DNA from: an uncultured Gemmatimonadales bacterium | GTDB taxonomy: Bacteria > Gemmatimonadota > Gemmatimonadetes > Gemmatimonadales > GWC2-71-9 | Direction of reading: 5' to 3' | Length of the DNA: 64,000 nt | NCBI GenBank assembly: GCA_963841505.1 | Contig: CAWJCZ010000005.1 | Location: forward strand, 245,333 to 309,332 | Part shown: piece by piece, positions 1 through 10,651 of the stretch | How positions within the stretch are numbered: the first letter of the stretch is position 1 | Layout: each line of letters starts with the position of its first letter | Notes under the pieces: generated by a model | What the model saw: the letters and a program-made list of their open reading frames with translations, nothing else | Databases searched by the model: none | Told to the model about the DNA's origin: nothing | Program-made: the position numbers and the translations under genes

Positions 1-170
1 ACGCCCCGCCGCCACGCCAGTCCCGGACGCGGTGGCAGCCCGATATTCTCCTCGAGCGGCGGCGGCGGGCCCCGTTCCACGTAGAGTACCGTGGAAGGGG
101 CTTCCGGTGCCGGCACGCACGCCATCCCCAGCACCACGAGCACGGCCGCTGTCCTCGAGCTCAACGACAT
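1..170 (-). CDS. Partial (runs off left edge) small exported/lipoprotein, probably YXWGXW-repeat type
   Basis: Not in ORF track. Manual minus-strand translation from ATG 170: MSLSSRTAAVLVVLGMAC-VPAPEAPSTVLYVERGPPPPLEENIGLPPRPGLAWRRG, i.e. hydrophobic signal plus Cys, then the PPPP..E...P.PG..W..G pattern. Confidence 0.55.
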   Translation of the reverse strand, partial: MSLSSRTAAVLVVLGMACVPAPEAPSTVLYVERGPPPPLEENIGLPPRPGLAWRRG

Positions 171-289
171 GTTCCGTTTCCTATCCCTTCCTCAAAAGAG
201 GGGACGCTGGCGTGCCGAGCCCCCGCACGAACGTCTCCCTATCATCCCCCAGATCGGGAACGAGTCCTTTGCATGAGGCCTGACACGCC

Positions 290-1234
290 GTGTGGCCCCT
301 GAGCTGGATTGGTCTACTGCCGCTCCTGTTTCAATCGAGTCCTCCCGCTGCCGGAGGACCACCGGCTGGCGCGGTCGAGACCCAGATGGAGGGGGTGGAC
401 TTCCGTTTCGACCCGGAAGTGATCCTGGGGATCGCCTATTTGCGAGGCAGGCTGGTTCCAGCGCGGAGCGGTGAGCCGCCCTGGTTCGACGACAAGCAGA
501 GCTTTGCGTTCCAGATCGACTCGGCGCGCGTCTCGGTACGGAGCGAGGCCATGGCGGCGTTGCTCAATCGATATCTGTTTCCGACCGGACCTACCCCCCT
601 CCGGGGGCTCCGCGTTGCCATCCACCCGACCGATTCGAGCGGCAGGACGGCGATCGTCGAGCTGCATGGCCGGCTGTACGGATTCCCGTTTCGCACCCGC
701 GGGGTCGCCGAGCTGACGGAAGGGGAGATCCGGATCCGAACGACCTCGGTACATGTGATCGGAATGCCGGCAAAAGGCGTGATGAACCTGGTCGGGCTGT
801 CGCTCGAGAAGCTGGTGGACTGGAAGAAGGCACGGGGAGTTCGTGCCCTGCACAATGACCTGGTGCTCTCACCCGCGGCGATGCTTCCGGCCCCGGCGGT
901 GGAGGGTCGCCTGGTGGCGGTCGAGTTCACCGAAGGAGGGATGACCCAGATCTTCCGGTCATCCGCGCGGGTGGTGACGCCCCTCGCGGTGCCGGACTCA
1001 ACCGGGCCGAACTACATGTATTACCAGGGCGGTACCCTGCGCTTTGGCCGGCTCACCATGCAACCGGCGGATCTTCTGGTTCGCGATCTGACCCCGTCCA
1101 CGCCGCTGGATTTTTTCCTGGATCACTATCGTGAACAGCTCGATCGTGGCTACGCGCGGGCGACTGCGGACGGCCGGTTGATCACCTATCTGCCCGATTT
1201 CGGCGATATCTCGAGAGACCATCCCCGGAAGTAA
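290..1234 (+). CDS. Hypothetical exported protein
   Basis: 314-aa ORF with N-terminal signal-like segment ([14 protein letters not shown]) and normal composition; no family recognised. Confidence 0.7.
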   Translation: MWPLSWIGLLPLLFQSSPPAAGGPPAGAVETQMEGVDFRFDPEVILGIAYLRGRLVPARSGEPPWFDDKQSFAFQIDSARVSVRSEAMAALLNRYLFPTGPTPLRGLRVAIHPTDSSGRTAIVELHGRLYGFPFRTRGVAELTEGEIRIRTTSVHVIGMPAKGVMNLVGLSLEKLVDWKKARGVRALHNDLVLSPAAMLPAPAVEGRLVAVEFTEGGMTQIFRSSARVVTPLAVPDSTGPNYMYYQGGTLRFGRLTMQPADLLVRDLTPSTPLDFFLDHYREQLDRGYARATADGRLITYLPDFGDISRDHPRK

Positions 1235-1326
1235 AGCGCCAGCGGCCCAGGGGTAAAATCGGGCGGGGTAGCGAGCCCTGTGGTCCGCGATACATTTCCG
1301 TCTCTCTCCTCTGGGAGCGCAGACCC

Positions 1327-2866
1327 ATGGCCCGCCGAAAAATCACCCGACGCTCCTTCGTTGCCGGCGCTGGCCAGGCCGCCCTCGGCGCGATGGTTCT
1401 TCCCCGACGCATCCTTGGGGGCCCCGGCTATCAGGCTCCGAGTGATACGCTGCATGTGGCAGTGGTGGGGGCCGGCGGGATGGGAATGAACAACGCAGAA
1501 GCACTGGTCAGCGAGAACATCGTCGCGGTGTGCGACATCGACTTCGGCTACGTCGAGCGCGGTCTCACAGGGAGAGAGAAGAACCGCGAAGGCCAGCCCA
1601 GGCCGGAAGGCATCCGCCTTCAGGAACAACTCGGCAAGGCCACCCGATACGCCGACTTGCGCGAGATGCTCGACAGGCAGAAAGACATCGACGCGGTGGT
1701 GATCGCCACGCCCGATCACAACCATGCGGTCATCGCCAAGAGCGCCATGCAGCTCGGCAAGCACGTCTACGTGCAGAAGCCCCTCACCTATTCGGTCCAC
1801 GAGGCCCGCATGCTGCGCGAGCTCGCGATCGGGAATCCGAAGCTCGCCACCCAGATGGGCAACCAGGGCCATTCCCGGGACGGCGCCCGGCTCATCAACG
1901 AGTGGATCCAGGCCGGCGTGATCGGGCCGGTGCGCGAGGTCCACGTCTGGACCAACCGGCCGATGGGTATTGGCCCCAGGGCATCCCGCGCCCCGCGACC
2001 ACGGCCACCGATGGCAATGGATCGACCGCCTTCGGCACTTCGTGGGGCATGCGGCGGGTCAACGAAACCCTCGCCGCCGCCATGGGGGCGGCACCGATCG
2101 AAATCCCGGAGGGTCTGCACTGGGACCTCTTCCTCGGCCCGGTCGCCGAGGACATCGCCTACCATCCGATCTATCACCCATTCAACTGGCGGGGGTGGCT
2201 GGACTTCGGCGTGGGCGCCCTGGGCGACATGGGGGCCCATCTCATCGATCATCCGTTCTGGGCGCTCGGGCTCGAGTATCCGGTGAGCATCGAGGCCACC
2301 TCAACGCCGTGGGGGACGAGCCTATTCCCGCGTCGGAGCCGGGCGGGCGGCCGCGCTCCAAGCCGGTCACCTACCCGGTGGCGACTACGGTCCACTATCA
2401 GTTCCCCGCCCGGGGCAGTCAGCCGCCGGTCAAGATGACCTGGTTCGACGGGGGGCTTTATCCGCCGCGGCCCGATGTGCTGCCCGACGATGTGGTGCTC
2501 AAGAGCGAAGGCGGGGTGATCTGCTATGGCGACAAGGGTGTGCTGATGCACGACACCTACGGCGACAACCCGCGGCTCTTCCCGCAATCGCTCATGGACG
2601 GCACCGCCTCGGTGCCGCAGAAATACCCCCGAATCACCACCTCGCACGAGATGAACTGGGTGAACGCCGCCAAGGGCATGAACAAGACCACTTGTCCATT
2701 CGAATATGCCGCGCAGCTGACCGAGACCATGCTGCTCGGCATCGTCGCGCTGCGAACCGGTCAGGGCCGCAAGCTGCTCTATGACGGCGCGAAGGGCCAG
2801 GTCACCAACATTCCCGATGCGAACCAGTACCTCACCCGGGAGTACCGGAAGGGATGGGAAGTCTAG
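1327..2866 (+). CDS. Tat-exported Gfo/Idh/MocA family oxidoreductase (2 apparent frameshifts)
   Basis: TRRSFV Tat motif, VGAGGMG Rossmann, ATPDHNH, YVQKPL, QMGNQG, LGDMGAH. Continues across three frames with single missing G in G-runs at about 1966 and 2313. Confidence 0.9.
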
Positions 2867-2871
2867 GACCT

Positions 2872-3599
2872 ATGCGATCACTCGGCGCGGTGGTGCTGCT
2901 GGGCGGGACCCTGGCCGGCTGTGCTTCGGGTTCCCAGAAGGTGCAGGCGATGCCGGACAGCCAGGCCGCCCCTAACACGCTTACCGCCGCTGAGCAGCGG
3001 GTCGGCTGGCGGCTCCTCTTCGACGGGCGGACCCTGGCCGGCTGGCGGCGCTACGATGCCGATTCGGCGCCGACCGGATGGCAGGCGGTGGATGGCGCGC
3101 TGACCCGGGTGAGCCGGGCGCGGGCGACATCATCACCCGCGACAGCTTCCGCAACTTCGAGCTGGTGGCTGACTGGAAGATCAGTCCCAACGGCAACAGC
3201 GGAATCCTGTATCGCGCGGCACTGGGCTCCGGCGCGATCTATTTCAGCGCCCCGGAATTCCAGGTCCTCGATGACGGCGGGCACGCCGACGGCAAGTCGC
3301 TGCTGACGTCGGCGGGATCGGTCTACGGGCTCTATCCCGCGGTGCCCGGCGTGGTCAGGCCGGTGGGCGAGTGGAACACCGCCCGAATCGTGGTGAGGGG
3401 GAACCACGTGGAGCACTGGCTCAACGGCACGCACATCGCGAGCTATGAGCTGGGAAGCCCGGAATGGAAAGCCAAAGTTGCGGCGAGCAAGTTCGCGCAG
3501 TGGCCCGAGTATGGCCAGGCGTCAGAGGGGCATATCGGGGTTCAGGACCATGGCGATGCGGTCGCGTTCCGGAACATCAAGGTCCGGGTGCTGCCCTAG
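2872..3599 (+). CDS. DUF1080 (3-keto-glycoside hydrolase/hydratase family) lipoprotein, frameshift at about 3114
   Basis: Lipobox LAGC; GWRLLFDGRTLAGW, NFEL..DWKI..NGNSGI, EFQVLD, GEWN, GHIGVQDHG..V.FRNIK. Confidence 0.9.
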
Positions 3600-3961
3600 G
3601 AAACCGGTTCGACCACCACTGCCGTGCCGTAACAGAGGACTTCGGTCACGCCCTTCATGACCTCGTTGGCGTCGTAGCGTACCCCGACGACCGCGTTTCC
3701 GCCGGTCTGTTCGGCGTGCTGGAGCATCAGCTCGAAGGCTTCCTGCCGGGCTTTCTCGCACAGCGAAACGAACGCCTCGATCCGGCCGCCAAACACGGTC
3801 TGAACGCTCGCTCCCATAAGCCCGAAGACCGATCGGGAACGCACGGTTATCCCCATCACGACCCCGAGCGATTGCACCACCTGAAATCCTTCAAAACCGA
3901 AAGTGGTGGTGGTCATGGGGTGCAGAATGCGCTGAGTGGTGGCAGAAGCGGGAAGCGGCAT
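3596..3961 (-). CDS. YbjQ / UPF0145 family protein
   Basis: LGVVMGITVRSRS, AR.EAF..M..HA...GGNAVVGVRYD, EVLCYGTAV. Start may be ATG 3916. Confidence 0.9.
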   Translation of the reverse strand: MPLPASATTQRILHPMTTTTFGFEGFQVVQSLGVVMGITVRSRSVFGLMGASVQTVFGGRIEAFVSLCEKARQEAFELMLQHAEQTGGNAVVGVRYDANEVMKGVTEVLCYGTAVVVEPVS

Positions 3962-4026
3962 GGGGGCGTCCGGTCGCTGGGAAACAGACCATCGGGAGGC
4001 CGGAATATAGGCCGTTCTGCCGGGAC

Positions 4027-4917
4027 TCAGTCGGGACGGCCCGAGGAGCGCTTTCCCAATCGGGCGGCGAATTCGTCCGGCCGCAGCAGGTAGATGCTCC
4101 CGGAGAACGCGTCGAGATCCACCACGGCGCTGCCATTGCCGAGCCGGAAGGTCTGAGAGCGCTGCCCTTTGCGCTCGCTGGTGGTGAGAGGAAAGCGAGT
4201 CTCCACGTGTCCGCTGAACAGTGATGCGGTGATGGACGCGTTGGTGCCGTCGGGAATGCCCACGAGCAAGTCTCCGCTGTGGGCCGAGAGAGCATACCGG
4301 CCGCCATCACGAATGGTTCCGCTGAACCAGATCGATCCGCTCACGGTTTCGACCTCCACCGACTTCGAATCCACGTTTCGGAGGATGACGTCCCCGCTCA
4401 CCGCTTCGACCACGACGTCGCCCTGGAGATCGGTTCCAACCACTTCCCTGGCGGTCGTGCTGAGCTCGATGCGACCCCGTGCGCCGGTCACGGTAACCTT
4501 GCCGGCCGTGGACGAGAGCTGCACCAGCTCAGTGCCCCCGTTCACCGTGATGTCGCCGTTCAGGGTTTCGACTTCGATCGGGGCGCGGACCCCATCCACC
4601 TTGATGTCGGCGTTCATGCCTTCGAGGCTCAACCCCATCCAGACCGGGACGGTCAGGGTGAAATCGGCGCGGGCCGGCATGCCATAGTCGCTCTCCACTT
4701 CGATGGAGATCACGCTCCCCGACCGGCGAATCCGTACCTCGTTCTTGCGGGAGGTCACCGCCTGAACCCGGATCTCATTCCGGTCCCACGCGCTCACCGC
4801 GATGGTGCCGGTCATCAGCTCGAGCTTGAGACGGGTGCCGGCCGAGACCGCGAACGTGGTATCGGGCGGAAGGGGGCCGGCCGTGGCGGCCAGAATCAGG
4901 AGAGCAACTGGGCTCAT
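4027..4917 (-). CDS. DUF4097 beta-strand repeat (adhesin-like) exported protein
   Basis: Signal peptide; repeated ETLNGDI / EAVSGDV / ETVSGSI / AFSGSI units; last gene of the ECF operon. Confidence 0.85.
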   Translation of the reverse strand: MSPVALLILAATAGPLPPDTTFAVSAGTRLKLELMTGTIAVSAWDRNEIRVQAVTSRKNEVRIRRSGSVISIEVESDYGMPARADFTLTVPVWMGLSLEGMNADIKVDGVRAPIEVETLNGDITVNGGTELVQLSSTAGKVTVTGARGRIELSTTAREVVGTDLQGDVVVEAVSGDVILRNVDSKSVEVETVSGSIWFSGTIRDGGRYALSAHSGDLLVGIPDGTNASITASLFSGHVETRFPLTTSERKGQRSQTFRLGNGSAVVDLDAFSGSIYLLRPDEFAARLGKRSSGRPD

Positions 4918-4927
4918 GACGTCCTCG

Positions 4928-5599
4928 TCAGGTTCGGGCGAGCGCGCCGGCAACGGCGCGGAGCAGGGTGAGCTTCCGCCGCATGTTCGCGGTCACCTGG
5001 CGGCTCAGAAACGCGTTATTCGAATCCTTCGCGATGGCGACCCGCGCCTCCGCGATCGCCGCATCGATCTTCAGGAGACTCTCATCGATCACCCGGACCG
5101 TCGCAGTATCGAGACGGTCCCGATTTTCCTCGAGGACCCGTTCGAGGTCGGTCACCGCCGACTCGTATTCGCGGTCGGCAAAAGCAGCGAGGCGAGCCGC
5201 GCTCGCCCTCGACGGCTGCACCACGTTGGGGGTCCGGTGGGTCGCCACCCAGACCGTCCCACCACTCAGAGCAGCCAGGAGCAACGACGCCGCGAGCAAC
5301 ACCGGCCAGCGGCGCCGCGACACCGGCGCCGCCGGTCGCACCAGGGCGGCTGCGTCCTGCCAGACCGCCGAGGGACGCGGCTTCGCTCCGGTGCCGAGGT
5401 GCGCCTTGATGCCGGGCCAGAGATCGCGCCCCGGGACCCGTCCCGCGTAGTTGGGAGCCGCGTCGATGATCAGCCGGAGATCGGCGAGAACCGCGCGACA
5501 CTCATCGCAGCTTTCCAGGTGAGACTCCAGGCGATTCCGCTCGAGCTCGTTGAGCTCGCGATCGAGATAGGCGGAGAGCTTCGCAGTGTACTGGTCCAT
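4928..5599 (-). CDS. Zinc-finger (zf-HC2) membrane anti-sigma factor
   Basis: LSAYLD.EL...HLESCDEC (HxxxCxxC), one TM segment, downstream of ECF sigma; ATG 5599. Confidence 0.9.
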   Translation of the reverse strand: MDQYTAKLSAYLDRELNELERNRLESHLESCDECRAVLADLRLIIDAAPNYAGRVPGRDLWPGIKAHLGTGAKPRPSAVWQDAAALVRPAAPVSRRRWPVLLAASLLLAALSGGTVWVATHRTPNVVQPSRASAARLAAFADREYESAVTDLERVLEENRDRLDTATVRVIDESLLKIDAAIAEARVAIAKDSNNAFLSRQVTANMRRKLTLLRAVAGALART

Positions 5600-5612
5600 G
5601 ATCAGCGCCTCC

Positions 5613-6158
5613 TCATCCCGCCAGGAGCTGCCGGAGCAGCATGCGGGCCCGATGAAGCTGGGAGCGGGAGGTGCCGGCATCGACGCCGAGCAACTGCCCG
5701 ATCTCCTCGTGCTTGTACCCTTCCATGTCGTGCAGCACGAAGACCTCGCGGGCACCGGCGGGCAGCCGGTCCATCGCCCGTTCGATGGCGATCCGGAGGT
5801 CGGGCCGCTCCACCCGTCCAGCCACGCTCCCGAGGTCGTCTTCGCTGCCGGAGTGTCGCTGCTGCATCAGTCGGAGGGTGCGTCGGCGCCGGAGCATGAG
5901 ATTCACCGCCACCCGGTGAAGCCAGGTGCCGAAGCTCGACTGCCCCGCGAAGGTGTGCAGCTTCTGCCAGACCCGAATGAACACTTCCTGGACCGCATCA
6001 TCGACGTCCCCTCCATCGATCAGCCAGCTCCCCAGCCGGGTGACCCGCGCCACGTGGCGACGGTAGATCCGCTCGAACGCGTCCTGGTCGCCGGACTGGG
6101 CCAGCGACACGTCGGCGCGATCGAGATCGGCGCTGTTCGGAGCGGACTGAACGGTCAG
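5613..6158 (-). CDS. ECF RNA polymerase sigma-70 factor
   Basis: GDQDAFERIY, DAVQEVFIRVW, SSFGTWLHRVAVN, LHDMEGYKHEEI, GTSRSQLHRAR. Start is either CTG 6158 (after GAGGAGG) or GTG 6110. Confidence 0.92.
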   Translation of the reverse strand: MTVQSAPNSADLDRADVSLAQSGDQDAFERIYRRHVARVTRLGSWLIDGGDVDDAVQEVFIRVWQKLHTFAGQSSFGTWLHRVAVNLMLRRRRTLRLMQQRHSGSEDDLGSVAGRVERPDLRIAIERAMDRLPAGAREVFVLHDMEGYKHEEIGQLLGVDAGTSRSQLHRARMLLRQLLAG

Positions 6159-6199
6159 GCTTCCTCCTCACGGAACGGCGCCCCATCTCGCTTGTTTGG

Positions 6200-6225
6200 A
6201 GACTTCGGCATCCGCGAACGTTGGA
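6200..6225 (-). promoter_or_regulatory. Candidate ECF-type autoregulatory promoter
   Basis: Minus strand TCCAAC-N16-GTCT about 40 nt upstream of the sigma gene, resembling the ECF AAC/GTC pattern. Confidence 0.35.
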
Positions 6226-6275
6226 ACGAAGACCCCCGAAACGGGCGATCGGAGGATAGGCGAATCCTGGGAGCA

Positions 6276-6316
6276 TTGACGGCCATCTATCAATGTGATA
6301 TCATACCAGTATCACA
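6276..6316 (+). promoter_or_regulatory. Sigma70 promoter with overlapping inverted-repeat operator
   Basis: TTGACG(6276)-N17-TATCAT(6299) with extended TG; TGTGATA-N9-TATCACA at 6294-6316. Confidence 0.7.
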
Positions 6317-6335
6317 CTAGCGGAGTCACATCGTC

Positions 6336-7208
6336 ATGGTACGAGAGCAGGTGCGGCGACCGGCGAGCGGATTTCTGATGCTCATCGTCTTCCTCGCGGG
6401 GCTGGCGCTCGTGGGGTGGTTCTTTGTGGGGCAGCTGCAGACCCAGTCACCCCCGGGGCTGATCGTCAGCGTGGTGCTGCTCCTGCTGCTGATGCTGATT
6501 CCTTCCGGCCTCATCGTCATCCAACCCAATGAGGCCAAGGTCCTGGTCCTGTTTGGCAAGTATCACGGGTCGGTCAAGGAAGCCGGGTTCTGGTACGTGA
6601 ATCCCTTTGCGACCAAGCGCCGGATCACCCTGCGGGTGCGGAACTTCGAGACCGCCAGGCTCAAGGTCAACGACGCGCACAGCAACCCGATCGAAGTGGC
6701 GGCGATCGTGGTCTGGCGGGTGGTCGAGACGGCGGAGGCCCTCTTCGAAGTGGACGACTACGAGAACTACGTGAAAGTCCAGAGCGAGTCGGCGGTGCGC
6801 GCCATGGCCTCGAGCTATCCCTACGACTCCCATACGCCGAATGAGCCGGCCCTCTCGACCCACGCCGACGAGGTCGCCGAGAACCTGATGCGGCAGCTCT
6901 CCGAGCGGCTCGCCAAGGCCGGGGTCGAGGTCAAGGAGGCTCGGCTCTCCCACCTGGCCTATTCGCCCGAGATCGCCCAGGCGATGCTGCAGCGGCAGCA
7001 GGCCGGAGCGATCATCGCAGCGCGAAGCCGGATCGTGGAGGGCGCGGTCGGCATGGTCGAGAACGCGCTCGAGCTGCTGGCCCAGAAACAGATTCTCCAC
7101 CTGGACGACGAGCGGCGGGCGGCGATGGTGTCGAATCTGCTGGTGGTGCTCTGCGGAGAGCGGGGGACCCAGCCGGTGCTGAATACCGGCACCCTCTACG
7201 CCGGCTGA
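6336..7208 (+). CDS. SPFH / band-7 domain membrane protein
   Basis: Two N-terminal TMs, [55 protein letters not shown]. Confidence 0.93.
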   Translation: MVREQVRRPASGFLMLIVFLAGLALVGWFFVGQLQTQSPPGLIVSVVLLLLLMLIPSGLIVIQPNEAKVLVLFGKYHGSVKEAGFWYVNPFATKRRITLRVRNFETARLKVNDAHSNPIEVAAIVVWRVVETAEALFEVDDYENYVKVQSESAVRAMASSYPYDSHTPNEPALSTHADEVAENLMRQLSERLAKAGVEVKEARLSHLAYSPEIAQAMLQRQQAGAIIAARSRIVEGAVGMVENALELLAQKQILHLDDERRAAMVSNLLVVLCGERGTQPVLNTGTLYAG

Positions 7209-7218
7209 CCGACCCGCC

Positions 7219-7389
7219 GTGCCGGAACGCAAAGCGCTCCTGCTCCGGCTCGATCCGGCGCTGCACGAAGCTCTGCAGCGCTGGGCCGGGTCGGAGCTTC
7301 GTTCGCTCAACGCCCAGATCGAGTTTCTGCTCCGCAAGGCCGCCAAGGATGCCGGACGGCTGCGGGAAGGAGGGAGCGGCCGGGGCTAG
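7219..7389 (+). CDS. Small Arc/ribbon-helix-helix DNA-binding protein (56 aa)
   Basis: Below the ORF-track cutoff. Manual translation MPERKALLLRLDPALHEALQRWAGSELRSLNAQIEFLLRKAAKDAGRL..., typical RHH partner of this SPFH subfamily. Confidence 0.85.
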   Translation: MPERKALLLRLDPALHEALQRWAGSELRSLNAQIEFLLRKAAKDAGRLREGGSGRG

Positions 7390-8291
7390 GGCTTCTTCAT
7401 GCTGTCGAAGGCAAATCCGACCAGCACATCGCCCTTGATGTTGCCCAGGCCGAGGGTGGCGTCCCAGTCGGCCGAAGGTTTCGCCGCGAGCACCTGCTCG
7501 CGGGTTTTGCCCTGCCGCAGCAGCGCGGCGACCCGATCCCGGATGGTGGACAGCATGTCGCGGTATTTCACCAGATCGGCGCGGGTGGCCATGGGCCCGT
7601 GCCCCGGGATGATCCGGGTGCTGTCGTTCACGAAGCGAAGCCCGGTGTTCACCGCCGCGATCATCCCTTCGAACGACCCTCCGGTCGAGAGATCGACCAG
7701 CGGGTATCGTCCGTTGAAGAACACATCGCCCATGTGAAGCACGTTGGCCCGGGTGAAGTGGATGATGGCGTCGGTGTCGGTGTGGGCCGGCCCGACGTGC
7801 AGCACGTGAATGTCATCGCCGTTCAGGTGGAACGCGACGCCATCGCCGAAGGTCACGATGGGCAGGGCCTTCGCCGGTGAGGCGGGGCTCCGGGTATTGA
7901 GCGCCGCGATGAACTGCTCGCTGCTCATCCGGATCCGGACATTGTCATGGGCCACGATGATGACCCCCGCATTGGCGAGGTTCTCGTTTCCGCCGGTGTG
8001 ATCCCCGTGCCAGTGGGTATTCACCACGAAGCGGATCGGCTTGTCGGTGAGCGCGCGCACCGCGGCGATCAGCTTGTCGCTGAGCTGGGCATACTGATCA
8101 TCCACCAGAAAGGCGCCATCGGACCCGATCGACAACCCGATGTTCCCCCCCACGCCCGTCAGCATGTACACCCCGGTCCCCGCCGGGATGGCGCGCACCT
8201 GGACCGTGTCGTAGTTGACCTGGGCCCGCGCCGCCGGGGCCAGTCCGGCAAGCAGAACGAGACCAGGCAGGATCCGCTGGAACCGCATCAT
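7386..8291 (-). CDS. Exported MBL-fold metallo-hydrolase (cyclase-like)
   Basis: Signal peptide (ARA/Q), THWHGDHTGG, AHTDTD, HMGD, IIPGHG. Confidence 0.92.
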   Translation of the reverse strand: MMRFQRILPGLVLLAGLAPAARAQVNYDTVQVRAIPAGTGVYMLTGVGGNIGLSIGSDGAFLVDDQYAQLSDKLIAAVRALTDKPIRFVVNTHWHGDHTGGNENLANAGVIIVAHDNVRIRMSSEQFIAALNTRSPASPAKALPIVTFGDGVAFHLNGDDIHVLHVGPAHTDTDAIIHFTRANVLHMGDVFFNGRYPLVDLSTGGSFEGMIAAVNTGLRFVNDSTRIIPGHGPMATRADLVKYRDMLSTIRDRVAALLRQGKTREQVLAAKPSADWDATLGLGNIKGDVLVGFAFDSMKKP

Positions 8292-10286
8292 GGAGGTCCT
8301 CCTGAAGTAGTCATAACCCGCAGCACCGTGCTTCGAACCCCGTCCGATGCGGTGGCCTCGAGGGCGACCGGCCCCCGCGGGATGAGGGCGTTGCCGTCCC
8401 GGGCGAACTGAATGACGTGGCCATCGGCGGGGTCGCGCAGCACCAGGAGGGGAAACGCCTCCCCGTCCCAGCGAAGCCGCAGGGTGCTGGCACCGGACGT
8501 TTCCACCCTGACCTCGGGGGCAAGTCGCGGGGCACCCGCGCGGCGCTCGGCGCGCTTCCCTTCCCCCCGGATGGTCACCGAGGTCAGGCGGGACAGATCA
8601 TTCGGGCTGAGCGGGATGGCGAACAGGAAGTGGCGCAGGTCCGGCGCGTGGTCGATCTCCGCCGGGGTGAATCGGAAGCGGGTGATGGACAGCCCGTTCG
8701 GCCCCAACAGCTCGAGCTCGAGCGGGCCGGTCCCATCGGCCAGCGGAATCGAGGGCGAGGCGGGCGCCGGGGCGACGAAGGCGGGCTCCAGGTGAATGGA
8801 GTCCTCGCGCACACTCCCCCACACGATCAGGCAGGGACAGGATCCGTTGCCGGGACGAAGCTGGGACGTCACCGGCCCGCCCCGGGCGGCCAGCAGGCCG
8901 GCGTAGGTGTAATCGCTGATCCAGGCCGGCACGCAATACGACATGATGTCTCCGCTCGAGGCGGGCTGCGCGACCGGGAGGCCGGTGTTGGTCTGGCTCC
9001 AGGTGGAGAGGTCGTATCCAATGAGCCCGGTGGAACCGGACGGATAGGGATAGAGGGGATCCGGACTCGCGGCCCCGCCACAGGGCGAATGCCGCCGCCC
9101 CAGGTTGTGGCCGAGCTCGTGCGCGACCAGCTCGGTGGTCTGCCGGGTCCGGTTGAACCAGCCGACCCCGACCAGCACCGTGGTGCGGGTGGAGGGACCG
9201 GTACTCTGGATATTCGACGGGATATACCCGAAGCCACCGAACTGGGTATTGGTGACCCCGGGGGGCGGACGGAGCGCGCCCACATAGTAGCGCGAGGATC
9301 CTTCCATAACCCGCAGGGCGTCGAGCTGCTGCAGAATGGTGGTCCAGGCCTGTTCGGTCCCGGTCCCGAAAGCCACGTCGGTCGTGAACGTCGCCCCGAT
9401 GTCGGCGTCGATGGTCGACACCGGATGCATCTGGCGGGTCGCGGTGAGATACTCGGTCAGGCTTCCCGCCGTCACCGTCCCGATGGACCCGCCGTTGGTG
9501 AGCAGGATCGGCACAAAATGGAGCGGCAGCGCGGGCATCGACTGCACCGGAACCGCGAGGGTGCCGCTCCGGGGCCAGGAATTGTCGCCGATCGAGGCCT
9601 CCGACACCGTCCCTCCCGGATTGATGGTGGCTTTGACCCGGAGCCCCGGCTGCACGATCGACGCGGGCAGCACGACCTGATGCACCGGAAGCGAGGGATC
9701 GACCTGGGGGGCGGCACTGCCGGTCATGGCGCGTTCATCGGTCTGGATCAGCGTGGCGCCAGCATACACTTCGACCCTGACCGTCGGCACCTGGCTTCCC
9801 GCGGGGAATGGCCGATCGAGGGTACCGAAGACGTTGACCAGCACCGGATTCCCGCCGATCACGAGGGGAATCCCGCCGTCGTAGCGCTGCACCGCCTGGG
9901 TGAGGTTCAGATTGTCGAGGGTGAGGTTGGGCGCGCTGGTGAACACGTCGAGCCGGGCCGAGCCGGACACTCCCTCGGAGCTGGCCACGACGTCGGTCGA
10001 ACCGGCGGCCAGCGCAGTCACCAGTCCGGACCCATTCACGCTCGCGACCGCGGAGCTCGAGGAGCTCCAGGTCACGGTGCGGCCCGCCAGGATCTGCCCC
10101 CCGGCATCGCGCACCGTTGCGGCGGCCTGACTGGTCTGACCGATCGCAATCCCCGTGGGGGACAGGTTCACCGCCACGGACCCGACCGGGGCGGGTGGCG
10201 GCGGAGGTGGTGGCGCCGGCCCGGTCCCGCCGGAGCAGGCCGACAGCACCGTGAGCCAGGCGAGCCGGCGGACCGGCCGGGGTCAT
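8288..10286 (-). CDS. Lipoprotein with Ig-like (Big_2) domain and zinc metallopeptidase (M66-like) domain
   Basis: AHELGHNLGRRH zinc motif, Met-turn DIMSYC, TVTWSSS..AVASV...GLVTA Ig repeat. Removing one C at about 10280 restores signal MTRPVRRLAWLTVLSAC from ATG 10286, which overlaps the upstream stop. Confidence 0.82.
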
Positions 10287-10651
10287 CGAGAGCCTCCTTC
10301 GGTCACACCCCTGCCTCGCGCGGCCCCGCCTAACCCGGCTCCGATGTACCCGGCCGACACGGCCAGCAGCATCGGAATGACCAGGGTGACCGCCAGCAGG
10401 AGCGGAAAGGGCGCGTGGAGCACCGGCCCGAGGCGGGCTCCCAGCCGCCCTAACCCGCCGTGGCCGGCCACCCCATCATACACCAGCCATCCTCCCCAGC
10501 CGAGTCCGGCCGCGATCGTAACGGCGGAGAGACGCCGGCCCGGGGCAATGAGTCCCCACAGGAAACCGATGAGGGGAACCAGCCACCACCCGACCGGAGT
10601 GGCCAGGGCAATTGCCAGGGCCAGGAGCAGGATCGTGAGCAGTCGCCGCAT
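10283..10651 (-). CDS. Small integral membrane protein
   Basis: 122 aa, 3-4 hydrophobic segments, overlapping start/stop with both neighbours. Confidence 0.7.
   Translation of the reverse strand: MRRLLTILLLALAIALATPVGWWLVPLIGFLWGLIAPGRRLSAVTIAAGLGWGGWLVYDGVAGHGGLGRLGARLGPVLHAPFPLLLAVTLVIPMLLAVSAGYIGAGLGGAARGRGVTEGGSR

Noticed and set aside
7219-7389. Toxin-antitoxin antitoxin
   Set aside because: No adjacent toxin; context fits an SPFH-operon regulator.
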